Shown here one piece after another: positions 35,953 to 48,602 of a DNA stretch of 49,518 nucleotides. The position numbers were made by a program, and so were the translations under genes. The first letter of the stretch is position 1. Each line of letters begins with the position of its first letter. Source of the DNA: Octopus bimaculoides (Eukaryota); NCBI RefSeq assembly GCF_001194135.2, contig NC_068984.1, positions 74,564,709 through 74,614,226 of the forward strand. Direction: 5' to 3'. The notes beneath the pieces are model-generated. The model was given only the letters and a program-made list of their open reading frames with translations. It had not been told where the DNA came from and made no database searches.

Positions 35953-36895
35953 NNNNNNNNNNNNNNNNNNNNNNNNNNNNNNNNNNNNNNNNNNNNNNNN
36001 NNNNNNNNNNNNNNNNNNNNNNNNNNNNNNNNNNNNNNNNNNNNNNNNNNNNNNNNNNNNNNNNNNNNNNNNNNNNNNNNNNNNNNNNNNNNNNNNNNNN
36101 NNNNNNNNNNNNNNNNNNNNNNNNNNNNNNNNNNNNNNNNNNNNNNNNNNNNNNNNNNNNNNNNNNNNNNNNNNNNNNNNNNNNNNNNNNNNNNNNNNNN
36201 NNNNNNNNNNNNNNNNNNNNNNNNNNNNNNNNNNNNNNNNNNNNNNNNNNNNNNNNNNNNNNNNNNNNNNNNNNNNNNNNNNNNNNNNNNNNNNNNNNNN
36301 NNNNNNNNNNNNNNNNNNNNNNNNNNNNNNNNNNNNNNNNNNNNNNNNNNNNNNNNNNNNNNNNNNNNNNNNNNNNNNNNNNNNNNNNNNNNNNNNNNNN
36401 NNNNNNNNNNNNNNNNNNNNNNNNNNNNNNNNNNNNNNNNNNNNNNNNNNNNNNNNNNNNNNNNNNNNNNNNNNNNNNNNNNNNNNNNNNNNNNNNNNNN
36501 NNNNNNNNNNNNNNNNNNNNNNNNNNNNNNNNNNNNNNNNNNNNNNNNNNNNNNNNNNNNNNNNNNNNNNNNNNNNNNNNNNNNNNNNNNNNNNNNNNNN
36601 NNNNNNNNNNNNNNNNNNNNNNNNNNNNNNNNNNNNNNNNNNNNNNNNNNNNNNNNNNNNNNNNNNNNNNNNNNNNNNNNNNNNNNNNNNNNNNNNNNNN
36701 NNNNNNNNNNNNNNNNNNNNNNNNNNNNNNNNNNNNNNNNNNNNNNNNNNNNNNNNNNNNNNNNNNNNNNNNNNNNNNNNNNNNNNNNNNNNNNNNNNNN
36801 NNNNNNNNNNNNNNNNNNNNNNNNNNNNNNNNNNNNNNNNNNNNNNNNNNNNNNNNNNNNNNTATATGTATGTATGTATGTATGTATATTGGCGG

Positions 36896-37206
36896 GGAGG
36901 GGCTCACAATCATGAAGTAGTGAGTTCGATTCCCGGACCGGACTGTGTGTTGTGTTCTTGAGCAAGACACTTTATTTCACGTTGCTCCAGTTCACTGAGT
37001 TGTAGAAATGAGTTGCGACATCACTGGTGCCAAGCTCTATCGGCCTTTGCCTTTCCCTTGGATAACATCAGTGGCGTGGAGTGGGGAGGCTAGTATGCAT
37101 GGGTGACTGCTGGTCTTCCATAAACAACCTTGCCCGGACTTGTGCTTGGGAGGGTAACTTTCTAGGTGCAATCTCATGGCCAGACTGAAGGGGGCCTTTA
37201 CCCTTT
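36896..37206 (+). mobile_element. SINE family D variant
   Basis: GAGTTCGATTCCC B box, TTCTTGAGCAAGACACTT core, CTTTACCCTTT tail; the body differs from 3944-4202. Confidence 0.8.
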
Positions 37207-38271
37207 TATATGTATATGTGTGTGTTTACAGAGGGAAAGAGAGAGAGAACATTTCTCTATTCATGTTTGAGATTTCAAATTTACCAATTAATTTTCGTTG
37301 ATAGAAGGTACACATTAAAATACAGTTACACACACACACATACAGTCAATTTCTTATATATACATGCAAACAAAACCGTCTCGTGAAGTACAAGCTATGA
37401 TTGGTTGGAACTGTTATCGAACCTTCATTACCACCCCCATCCTACCGTCACCTTACGACTACTGATTTTTTTCCCCCTTTTTCGTGACGAAAATAATTTC
37501 CTTCTAATATTAATAAAGTTAAATACTTTTAATCCATGAAACTAAAAATATCCCTAATCCTAAGATTTCCTCCTAGCAAATGCCGTGCTATTATGCAAAA
37601 CTATGGCGATCAACATGCTTTGACTTATATGTGTTAAACTTTTCGTGAACAAAAATAAAAGAAAGAAACAGGAAGATAAGAAGTTCAGTCTTGTTAGGAA
37701 TTCATCAGTGGCTCTGTATCCTCTATAACTCCTCTGAGAGACACAGTTTAGAAATCCAAGATTACTAAAACTTTACATAAACTGGAAAACCTAGTTTGCA
37801 TACATAACGCATACTTGCTTTCTGGTGTGATTGCTAAACTACAGGTGAGGTAATAATATTTTGTCTCAATATCATAACACAATGAAATACATCCGTTGAT
37901 TTTTAGCCAATGTTCTATAGGCAAATCTGGTGATAAAGCCAATGCTTTGTAGGCAGATGTAAAAACCGCCTTTGTATAGACAATATTTCCATAAACAGTA
38001 AAATAGGGTTAAATCGGACTGGTTTTAATCTTGCGTTGGAATTTCATCTGTGACTGAGTATTTTTTGGAACTGTCTCTAGGATTACTATGAGTTTATAAA
38101 ACTACGTTTATAAAGATACTAGACTACCCGTGGGGTCACCTGAAAAGTCTGAGTTTCTCAGCAACGAAGTTTTGTTTCGTGTTTTTTTTTTTCTTTTCCA
38201 GGTTACTTCGCATGCTTTCAGCGAATGTGACATCGAAATCACGCGTAAACGGCTCCTTTCCACGGAAAAGG

Positions 38272-38390
38272 AAAGATTTGGCTGCTATTTATTACACACC
38301 CTGCTACCACGTATCAGGTATTTGGAGTTCTTTATAGCAAATAGCTGTTACGTGGGAGCAGGGCGTGCTAGAAATAGCAGCCAAATCTTT
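38272..38390. repeat. long hairpin: 42-bp arms, 35-nt loop
   Basis: Arms 38272-38313 and 38349-38390; outer 19 bp perfect, 5 mismatches overall. Confidence 0.9.
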
Positions 38391-39335
38391 GGCGCTGAGA
38401 TATGTTGAATGCACTCGAGAAATTTTCGTAACGGTATTCACTTGAAAATAATTTTAAAAAGAACATTAAAATATTGTTTGTTTAAAGAGAGTTAAAATAT
38501 AAATAATTACTGTACAAATAACTTACATTTTCGAAATCACATTCACTTAAAATATTTCTAAATGATTAAAATATTGTGTAGTAAAAAATTCGACGTTTTT
38601 GTTTTCTTTTTTAAAGAGTGATAGAGAGCGGGAAGACTATGTGTGCGTATATGTCACATATAGCGGACGTGCGCTTGTGTTGATTCACATGCTATGACAC
38701 ACATTATGTGTGTGTATGTTTTGTATGTGTCTATGTGTGTTGACGTCAGGGAAGCTATGTTTTTTTTTTTTCAAGTATAACAAACAAAAATTGTTTTTAA
38801 TCGTTTTCATTGTGATCCAAATACCACAAAAAATTTGTACTGCACTGCATAACTTAAGTATCAAAATATATATGCCAAAAAATTAAGATGAAATATACTA
38901 TTTCTGAGATATTTCGAGTACAAACATCTAGAGTTTTTGTATTATTAAAATTAAGCTAATGGCATTGGCAAATCTGCATATACCATCGAAACAAAATGCT
39001 GTTAATGTAACAGTAATCTATTTATCAAATGAGCTTCAACGACTGCGTCAAAGAGTGAGAAAGTAGAAAGAAAGAGGGACCGCTCAGTGACCTTGTCTCG
39101 CAATATCACTCAGAGGCCTTTCTTAATCTGTCGAAAACTCTTTTAAATGCATTTCAAAGGTTGATGATTATCAGAATGTTGGTGATCATAATGATTTCCT
39201 ACAAGAATTATAGGAAGAATTCTTTGCCGGCTCAGGAAGAATTAGTTGCTCAACTAAATGTGGAACCATGTGGAAATTTTGAAATTCTGGGCTTTTGCTG
39301 TGTGAGGGATGAACGAGATATATATTAAGCAAAGT

Positions 39336-39700
39336 GGAGACGCAATGGCCCAGTGGTTAGGGCAGTGGACTCGCGGTCATAGGATGGCGGTTTCGATTCC
39401 TAGACCGGGCATTGTGAGTGTTTATTGAGCGAAAACACCTAGAGCTCCACGAGGCTCTGGTAGGGGATGGTGGCGAACCCTGCTGTACTCTTTCAACACA
39501 ACTTTCTCTCATTCTTACTTCCTGTTTCTGTTGTGCCGTTAATTCAAAGGACCAGCCTTGTCTGAACATCCCCGAGAACTACGTTAAGGGTACACGTATC
39601 TGTGGAGTGCTCAGCCACTTGCACGTTAATTTCACGAGCAGGCTGTTCCGTTGATCGGATCAACTGGAACCCTCGACGTCGTAAGCGACGGAGTGCCAAC
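39336..39700 (+). mobile_element. tRNA-derived SINE family C, full length
   Basis: Highly similar to the 18102-18489 copy; exact 12-bp TSD ATATTAAGCAAA at 39322-39333 and 39703-39714. Confidence 0.92.
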
Positions 39701-40275
39701 AGATATTAAGCAAAATGGCTTCTATCAACTGCTTATGTGTCTTATGTAAGAAATATGGTCGTTTCTAAGAATAAGTGGCGTACAAGCAAAGTTCTAATGA
39801 CCTAGCTGATTGACATGCTTGTGTTTTGGAGAAGAAACGTATGCTGTTAAATAATCTAATGCAAAGATGCACTTCATCAGGCATTGTATATCTGGGACTG
39901 TATTATTTGATATCTTTTCTGCTTCTTCTTTTTGGTTTTTATGTTTTTTAAGACAAGAGCTTATGGTTTGATAGATATTTGGATGCTATTCCTAAAAAAT
40001 GGCTTTGTGATGTAAAAATTGCTTCGCTGCTACTAGGTTATGGACTCATTTCGTCTGCGTAGTATTTTGAACAAGTGACTTCAACCATAGGCTTAAATCG
40101 AATAAAGTCAGGAGATAAATATTTAGCGGGCATAAACTATATGGAAGCCTATCAGAAGAACTGTTTCTTTTTCTTGGCTTGTTGACTTAATCCATCAAAA
40201 GATTTAGCACCAACAATTCATACTTGGGTTTTCAAACATTTGCGGTTTCAGTATAACACTCTCTTTTCTTTGCAG

Positions 40276-40333
40276 ACGTTTGGAGAACCTGAGAAAGATC
40301 AAGGGCACAGCCAGAGTCCCACTGAATAATTAG
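40276..40333 (+). CDS. candidate terminal coding exon of an unidentified host gene
   Basis: Acceptor CTCTCTTTTCTTTGCAG (AG at 40274-40275), short open frames RLENLRKIKGTARVPLNN* or TFGEPEKDQGHSQSPTE*, then two overlapping AATAAA (40345-40354). No homolog recognised. Confidence 0.3.
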
Positions 40334-40819
40334 AAACAAAAACTAATAAATAAACGTTAAGTAACCATAAATAGGCACGTTCGATTTCTGTGAAGAGGTA
40401 GGTAGAATACACGTTGTCAATGAAGAACGGCAGATATATGAATAACCTAAGTAGATTGGAAGAAAGTTTTGAGAGGGTTAAGAAAAGTAATATAGAAATT
40501 GGGGAGAAACACTTTGCACCTGAAAAAAAAGAATGGAAGTTTTTGTTGCTACAGCCCTTTTGTAAGAGCTGAATGGCATGGAAAGTGGATTCTATATAAG
40601 CACAACTAACATTATTACGAAAGAAGTCAGTACCAGTGTGTGCTGTGTATTGATGGTTACGGACGTACTACAAAGATACGGATTGGACCACCCTCTGTAG
40701 TGTTGTTACTGTGACTATTTACGACACCCATACAGTCTTAACAATATACAAACATCGATTGACTTTACGCTTAAAACCTTTTCTTTTTTTTTCACTTTTC
40801 ATTTTGTATGAACGTATGC

Positions 40820-41880
<1,061 letters not shown>

Positions 41881-42555
41881 AGAATTACTAATGGTGACAA
41901 ATGAATGAGTATGATATATTTTTAAGTCTATGTGTGTTTGGGTGTGTATGTGTTACTCTTTTATGAGTAAGTGTATGTGCTTGTGTGTCGGTGTGGGAGT
42001 GTGTACGTGTGTGCGTGTGCGTGCGTTTTGAAGTGGCTATAGATAAAATAGTGATAAATTACATGGCCAACCCTCTGTTTTATCTAATCTTCTATAGATA
42101 CCTACTTATAAAAAAAACTTGGGTGCTTCCCTACACAAATCTGTACAGATGAATGAGTATCTTATCAAATGCATCTCTGGGATATGACGCTAGAATATCG
42201 CAGAAAGTAAAGTAAACTCTTCCGCATTGTATGCAAAGTTTTCCACTCTATTACGTAAAGTAATTGAGACACTCAGAAAGTTTTGGATACGAGAATCGCT
42301 TACAAGCATGTAAATATGCGCGAATTCTGCTTGGATTGGGAATCGATAGCAAACGAAATTGTGCAAACAGAATTATGAGCCTTCATCGTATATTGAGCAT
42401 AGAAAATAGTCTAAATATTAAAGTATACAAGCCCCGTAACGGAAAAAAATAATTGGCATCGATTCCTACTCAGGATTCGAGAAGCATTTTCCCCTCTTTA
42501 TGCATTGTTAAAATGCAGTGCCGTCTATGTCTCATTATATTACAGTATGTAGAAA

Positions 42556-42614
42556 GCCGGTGAGCTGGCAGAATCGTTAGCACGCTGGGCGAACTGTTTA
42601 GCGGTATCCCGTCT
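42556..42614 (+). mobile_element. SINE-B head interrupted by the 42615-43965 insertion
   Basis: GAGCTGGCAGAATCGTTAGCACGCTGGGCGAA..CGGTATCCCGTCT; the SINE resumes at 43966. Confidence 0.85.
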
Positions 42615-43965
42615 CTGTGAGTTGTACGAGCTTGTTTGTTTGGCTCTATTGTGTATTATTGATTGATTTTGTTGTTGTTTGTGCTGCGTTTGCAGCGGTT
42701 TTTGAGTTGTTGTGCCGTCTCTCGGTAGTACTGAGAAATGGCAAGTGGAAGTCGTGTATATTCGGACCTAAGCGAAACTGAGTTGTCTTCTTCGGAGGAA
42801 GAACTGGTTAAGGCAGTAAAGATGTTGGACGCATGTCTGGAAAAGAAAAGTTTTGCAGAGGCAACCGAGGTGAGAAGGAAGAAAATAAACCCCGAAATAG
42901 ATGCGGCTTGGGTGGTGGCGGCTCACTCGTTATTGAACGAGAAAAAGAGGTGAAGGTAATTCAAGCGGAAGTAATGGAAGGAGCAACATGGAAGGGACAA
43001 TTCATCGAAATTACCGTCCAAGCTGAGGTGGAGGTCCTCGAAGTGCTTCCCGAGAACCTGTGGATTGGGGGTTTGATCCTGAANNNNNNNNNNNNNNNNN
43101 NNNNNNNNNNNNNNNNNNNNNNNNNNNNNNNNNNNNNNNNNNNNNNNNNNNNNNNNNNNNNNNNNNNNAAATGTGGCCAGAAAGGCCACATATGAGTGAA
43201 CTGCCCTCCGCCACCCAAAATGGTAGAAGAGCGACAGCCACCACCACAGGAGAGGATACAAGAAGTAAAAGGAGAAACACCAGTATTAGAAGATAGGGAA
43301 TGGGGAATAGCCGGGAAAAGACAAAAAAAGGAAAAGAAAGAAAGAACTTGTGAACCCCAACCCACCCAGTGCTTACCTTCTCCCTTTTCACCACAGCCTC
43401 CCCATGCAGACACCAAACCTACCCATTCCCCTCCAGCAACGAAACAGAAAAGAAATGCAAACACACATGATGTAGATATGGTTCCCTCTCCCCTTGTTTG
43501 TTTTGCTTGCGGATGCAGAGGATGACGTTGTAAACCGAGTGAGCGAGTGGAAGGATGCGGTTGAAGTGGAATTCTTGGGTGAAGATGGTGATACTATGAT
43601 ATGCCAATTGTTAAATAAGGCACAAATGGAGATAGTAAAAAAGTATGATAAGGGTATTGATTTGTAGAAGGTGATCGGGGATAGAGAGCAATTGCCAATA
43701 CAAACCTGTTATACCGAACTGAAAAATGATTACGGTATTGAACTGCTGAATTTTAGATAAGTATGATTGAGCGGCAAAGCGGTTTCAATGTAACGACTCG
43801 ACTTCGGGCATCGAGTGGGCATTCCGCCTCATTATATCATCTTTTTCATGATTCATTCGTTTCTTTTAATTTTGCTTCTTTCTTTATTCCTCCTTTTTAT
43901 AATTTTAGTTCCCTGATATTGTGCACGTACCTTCTATGTCAGCCCCTGGTGGGCAATAAAGAAAT
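42615..43965 (+). mobile_element. ORF1-only L1/Tx1 derivative (HAL1-like)
   Basis: Short 5' UTR; frameshifted ORF 42738-43760 with zinc knuckle [C]xxCGQKGHI*VNC (TGA from CGA); about 200-bp 3' UTR ending GCCCCTGGTGGGCAATAAAGAAAT; 13-bp TSD; no endonuclease or RT visible. An 85-N gap lies inside ORF1. Confidence 0.72.
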
Positions 43966-44137
43966 CGGTATTTCGTCTGCCGTTACATTCTGAGTTCAAT
44001 TCCGCCGAGGTCGGTTTTGCCTTTCATCCTTTCGTGATTGATAAATTAAGTACCACTGAAACATTGGAGTCGATTACATCGACTAGCCCCCTCTCTCAGA
44101 ATTTCAAGGCCGTGTACTTTCAGTAGAAAGGATTATT
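43966..44137 (+). mobile_element. SINE-B body (continuation of 42556-42614), tail type 2
   Basis: CGGTATTTCGTCTGCCGTTACATTCTGAGTTCAA..core..TTTCAAGGCCGTGTAC..GTAGAAAG. Confidence 0.88.
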
Positions 44138-44148
44138 TTATAGTATGC

Positions 44149-44370
44149 AAGGCGACGAGCTGGCAGTATCGTTAGCTTCCCGGACGAAATGTTTGGCGGC
44201 ATTTTGTCCGTCTTTACGTTCTGAGTTCAAATTCCGCTGAGGTCGACTTCGCCTTTCATCCTTGCAGGGTCGATAAAATAAGTACCATTTGAGCACTGGG
44301 GTCAATGTAAATGGCTTACCCCACTCATCACTGAGACTGCTGGCCTTGTGCCAAAATTTGAAACCATTAT
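44149..44370 (+). mobile_element. SINE family B, full length (tail type 1)
   Basis: Head, B box, core and GCTGGCCTTGTGCCAAAATTTGAAACC tail. Confidence 0.9.
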
Positions 44371-44444
44371 ATTATGGTATATACTCATTGTTCACAAAAA
44401 TGTCCATTACAGCGCAATGATCATTTTTGTCTTATTGTATACCA

Positions 44445-44795
44445 CAGTGGTCCTCAACCGGGATTCATATGGCCTCTGAGGATCTATATAAGTTGTTTGG
44501 GGGTCCATGCAACAAAATAGTAAATTCGGAATTTATAATAGTATTTTAAGAGCCCCTAGAAAAGTTTTATGTTAGATGTATGTATTGGTATGCATTGCAA
44601 GAAACAGCTAGGTCTCTTTCTCTAATATCTTACGTAGATCAACCTACACAAGTGAATGTGTCAAAAACAAAATAGGAATTTTGAGAGAAGTTTCGATAAA
44701 ACTAGTTTGTAAACATCGAATGGCTATGAGGGCCCACCAGAATAAAATAATAATCAAAGGGGTCTATAGATAAAAAAAATGGTTAAGATCACCTG
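44445..44795. mobile_element. hAT (Charlie-like) MITE
   Basis: CAGTGGTCCTCAACC ... GGTTAAGATCACCTG (10/15 TIR match), GGGGTC sub-terminal motifs; no 8-bp TSD preserved. Confidence 0.5.
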
Positions 44796-45024
44796 AGCAA
44801 TTTCTGATCTCGGACTGGTGGATTTATTTTGGGTGATAGTGAGATAGGTTCGTTTCCATATGTGAGTCCTAAACGCGTTTAAAGATCTGTTCCATAATTA
44901 GTCTTAATGGAACTTTTAGTCACATACGGTCGCTTGAATTACTTGAAATAACAGCCAAATTTTCCTTAACGTTCTGTCGTTTGAAAAAAGAAACGCCGTG
45001 TGAATAATGTATTTCTAGATAAGT

Positions 45025-46520
45025 GGTGAATTGGTAACAGAGTTCAAATCTCACCGAGATCAGCTTTACTTTTAATTCTTTCAGGTTCAATAAAACAATG
45101 TACCAGAATAGTGAGGTGAATTTATGGAAATATTAGTGTTGGATAAAATGCATCACATTTGTTTCGATTCTTTTCGTTCTGAATACGCCTGTGATAATTG
45201 GGGTTGCCAAACTATTTCTGCCCTCCTTTTCTCTTTGAACAAAGAGAGTGGAGACTTCTAAACATTAAAAAGGAATGAAAATGCAGCTATTTCGTAGTAC
45301 TGTACCCTGAGAAGGAACTTTCCAAGTACAAACATCTGGTCGATTTAGACGACAAAATTACGGAGATACAATGTATGTCTGAAGAAAAAAAAAAAGATTA
45401 GCATGGGTGTGAACAGTACCGTTTTTTTTTTTATCATAGGTGTGTCAATTAAGGTTGAATTGAGGCCAAACAACAACATCAAGAAAGTGTTGCGTATTAG
45501 TGGCTCTTTTACTGTCAGTCGAATTATTAGGTCAAGGCTGTTTGCGCAGAAAGTTACAAACGTAAGCACACTTTATTCACTGGAAAGGGGAAAAGGGCAG
45601 ATCAGTCGCTGTAATTGACAGTAAACTTCGCGAAAATGTATGGTATGATTCATGTTAAAATTCAGAAAGTCGATTAATGGCAAAATTGAGAGTTGGACAA
45701 AATGCTCTGCAGTTAGAATTTCGCTGAAATCGATATTGCATTTCAATCTTCCAGTGATCGATGAAATTGAATAAAATATTAAAGAAATACAATGTTTCAG
45801 TAATCGAATGCTAGCGTTTCACAAAATGTTTCACCTTATATTTAAGTTACAAATCATTACCTTTATAATTTCTTGTTTCATTTGTTTCTATAGAAGTTAA
45901 ATTTTTCCAGGGAAAAGTAGTCAATGAGGTTATATTCTTAAAGCAAAATTGGTAAAAGACAAAAGGCAGAGGATATCAGAACCGGTTGATTGTCTGTCAA
46001 ATTACTTTGCTATTATGCCATTTTGTTTGCTAATTTCAAATCTCGATTCAGTTGATTATGTCTTTAATCATTCTAGAGTTGATAAAATAAACTGCAGTCA
46101 AGTACATCACTCTGTAATCACCTTATAATATCTTTCCAAATGCGTTCACCTTTCTACTTTCAAATCACTATTATTGTTAATTACAGTGTAGTGAATTGCA
46201 AGAAACTGGAACATAATTTCTTGTTGATATTTGATTCCGCTCTTTACGTTCTGAGTTCAAAATCTTACCGAAGTCATCTTTACTTTTCAAAATTTCTACA
46301 TCTATAAAAAAAAGTGGCAGTCAAGTACCACTCAGGTCTATTCAAGGTCGGTAGATTGAGAAAATCTTAAGAGTGCGGGAAAACGTGCCTTAGATCGTAA
46401 ATTGCGACTCTTTACGTTGTCAGATCAAATTCCACCGAGGTGGTTTATCCGCAGTGAATTAAATAAAGTGTCAGTAAAGTATTAGTATTAATATAATCAG
46501 CTAAGTACCGTCCACTCGCA
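45025..46520 (+). mobile_element. cluster of degenerate same-strand SINE-B fragments
   Basis: GAGTTCAAATC/TTCAAAT plus ATAAAA..AGT core remnants near 45025-45110, 46030-46105, 46225-46330 and 46385-46520. Confidence 0.55.
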
Positions 46521-46576
46521 CAAAACTTCTGGCATGAAAGTATTTAAGGTAGAGTGTTGGCAAAAATGTCAGAGAA

Positions 46577-46807
46577 GGCGGCGAGCTAGCAGAAACGTTA
46601 GCAGGCCGGGCGAAATGCTTAGCGGTATTTCGTCTGCCGTTACGTTCTGAGTTCAAATTTCGCCGACGTCGACTTTACCTTTCATCCTTTCGAGGTCGAT
46701 AAATTAAGTATCAGTTACGCACTGAGGTCAATGTAATCTACTTAATCCCTTTGTGTGTCCTTGTTTGTCTCCTGTATATTTAGCCCCTTGTGGGCAATAA
46801 AGAAATA
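46577..46807 (+). mobile_element. SINE family B with L1/Tx1-derived tail (tail type 3)
   Basis: Standard head and core, then TTGTTTGTCTCCTGTATATTTAGCCCCTTGTGGGCAATAAAGAAATA. Confidence 0.85.
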
Positions 46808-47060
46808 AGAAGCGTTACAGTATCTGCGACATTTTAGCTGTGATCCATTACATTTTGAGTTCAAATCTCACTCTGATCAGAAATTTTCTTTTAGGGCGGT
46901 GGGTTGGCAAAGTCTTTAGAGCGTCGGACAAAAAGGTTTTTTTTTTATGTTCTGTGTTCATTTCCTACTGAAGTCAACTTTTCCTTTCCACTCTCAGGGT
47001 CGATAACAAAGAACAATTCAAATACGGATGTCGATTAAATCTCCCTATTTCTCAAGAACT
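46808..47060 (+). mobile_element. older SINE-B remnants following the type-3 tail
   Basis: AGAAGCGTTA..TTACATTTTGAGTTCAAATC and a further copy near 46895-47040. Confidence 0.55.
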
Positions 47061-47067
47061 GTGCCTA

Positions 47068-47441
47068 TTCTTTTACTTGTTTCAGCCATTTGACCGTGGC
47101 CATGCTGGAGCACCACCTTTAGTACAACAAATCGACCCCAGGACTTATTCTTCGTAAGCCAAGTACTTATTCTATCGGTTCTTATGCCGAACCGCTAAGT
47201 TACGGGGAAGTAAGCACACTACATCGGTTGTCAAGCGATGGTGGGGTGTCAGACACAGACACACAAATACATACATACATATACATATACGACGGGCTTC
47301 TTTCAGTTTCTGTCTGCCAAATCCACTTACAAAGTTTTGGTCGGTCCGAGGCTAACATAGAAGATTCTTGTCCAAGGTGCTACGCAGTGGGACTGAACCC
47401 AGAACCACGTGTTTGGGAAGCAAGCTTTATACCACACTACC
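47068..47441 (-). mobile_element. SINE family A, near full length
   Basis: Reverse complement matches both halves of 6965-7389; the head runs into the gap. Confidence 0.9.
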
Positions 47442-48367
47442 NNNNNNNNNNNNNNNNNNNNNNNNNNNNNNNNNNNNNNNNNNNNNNNNNNNNNNNNNNN
47501 NNNNNNNNNNNNNNNNNNNNNNNNNNNNNNNNNNNNNNNNNNNNNNNNNNNNNNNNNNNNNNNNNNNNNNNNNNNNNNNNNNNNNNNNNNNNNNNNNNNN
47601 NNNNNNNNNNNNNNNNNNNNNNNNNNNNNNNNNNNNNNNNNNNNNNNNNNNNNNNNNNNNNNNNNNNNNNNNNNNNNNNNNNNNNNNNNNNNNNNNNNNN
47701 NNNNNNNNNNNNNNNNNNNNNNNNNNNNNNNNNNNNNNNNNNNNNNNNNNNNNNNNNNNNNNNNNNNNNNNNNNNNNNNNNNNNNNNNNNNNNNNNNNNN
47801 NNNNNNNNNNNNNNNNNNNNNNNNNNNNNNNNNNNNNNNNNNNNNNNNNNNNNNNNNNNNNNNNNNNNNNNNNNNNNNNNNNNNNNNNNNNNNNNNNNNN
47901 NNNNNNNNNNNNNNNNNNNNNNNNNNNNNNNNNNNNNNNNNNNNNNNNNNNNNNNNNNNNNNNNNNNNNNNNNNNNNNNNNNNNNNNNNNNNNNNNNNNN
48001 NNNNNNNNNNNNNNNNNNNNNNNNNNNNNNNNNNNNNNNNNNNNNNNNNNNNNNNNNNNNNNNNNNNNNNNNNNNNNNNNNNNNNNNNNNNNNNNNNNNN
48101 NNNNNNNNNNNNNNNNNNNNNNNNNNNNNNNNNNNNNNNNNNNNNNNNNNNNNNNNNNNNNNNNNNNNNNNNNNNNNNNNNNNNNNNNNNNNNNNNNNNN
48201 NNNNNNNNNNNNNNNNNNNNNNNNNNNNNNNNNNNNNNNNNNNNNNNNNNNNNNNNNNNNNNNNNNNNNNNNNNNNNNNNNNNNNNNNNNNNNNNNNNNN
48301 NNNNNNNNNNNNNNNNNNNNNNNNNNNNNNNNNNNNNNNNNNNNNNNNNNNNNNNNNNNNNNNNNNN

Positions 48368-48602
48368 TGTGTGTGTGTGTGTGTGTGTGTATGTGTGTGT
48401 CTGTGTTTGTCCCCCATCATCGCTTGACAAACGATGTTGGTGTGTTTACGTTCCCGTAACTTAGCGGTTCGGCTAAAAGACCGATAGAATAAGTACTAGG
48501 CTTCCAAAGAATAAGTCCTGGGGTCGATTTGCTCGTCTGAAGGCGGTGCTCCAGCATGGCCACAGTCAAATGACTGAAACAAGTAAAGGAGTAAAAGAGT
48601 AA
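48368..48602 (+). mobile_element. SINE family A, 3' half emerging from the gap
   Basis: (TG)n then the complete 3' half with GTAAAAGAGT tail. Confidence 0.9.

Noticed and set aside
39040-39900. Semi-open frames on both sides of SINE-C, possibly an old transposase
   Set aside because: Multiple stops and no diagnostic motif when rejoined.
40686-40700. GGACCACCCTCTGTA resembling the mariner terminus at 26587-26598
   Set aside because: Imperfect, with no partner TIR or transposase nearby.
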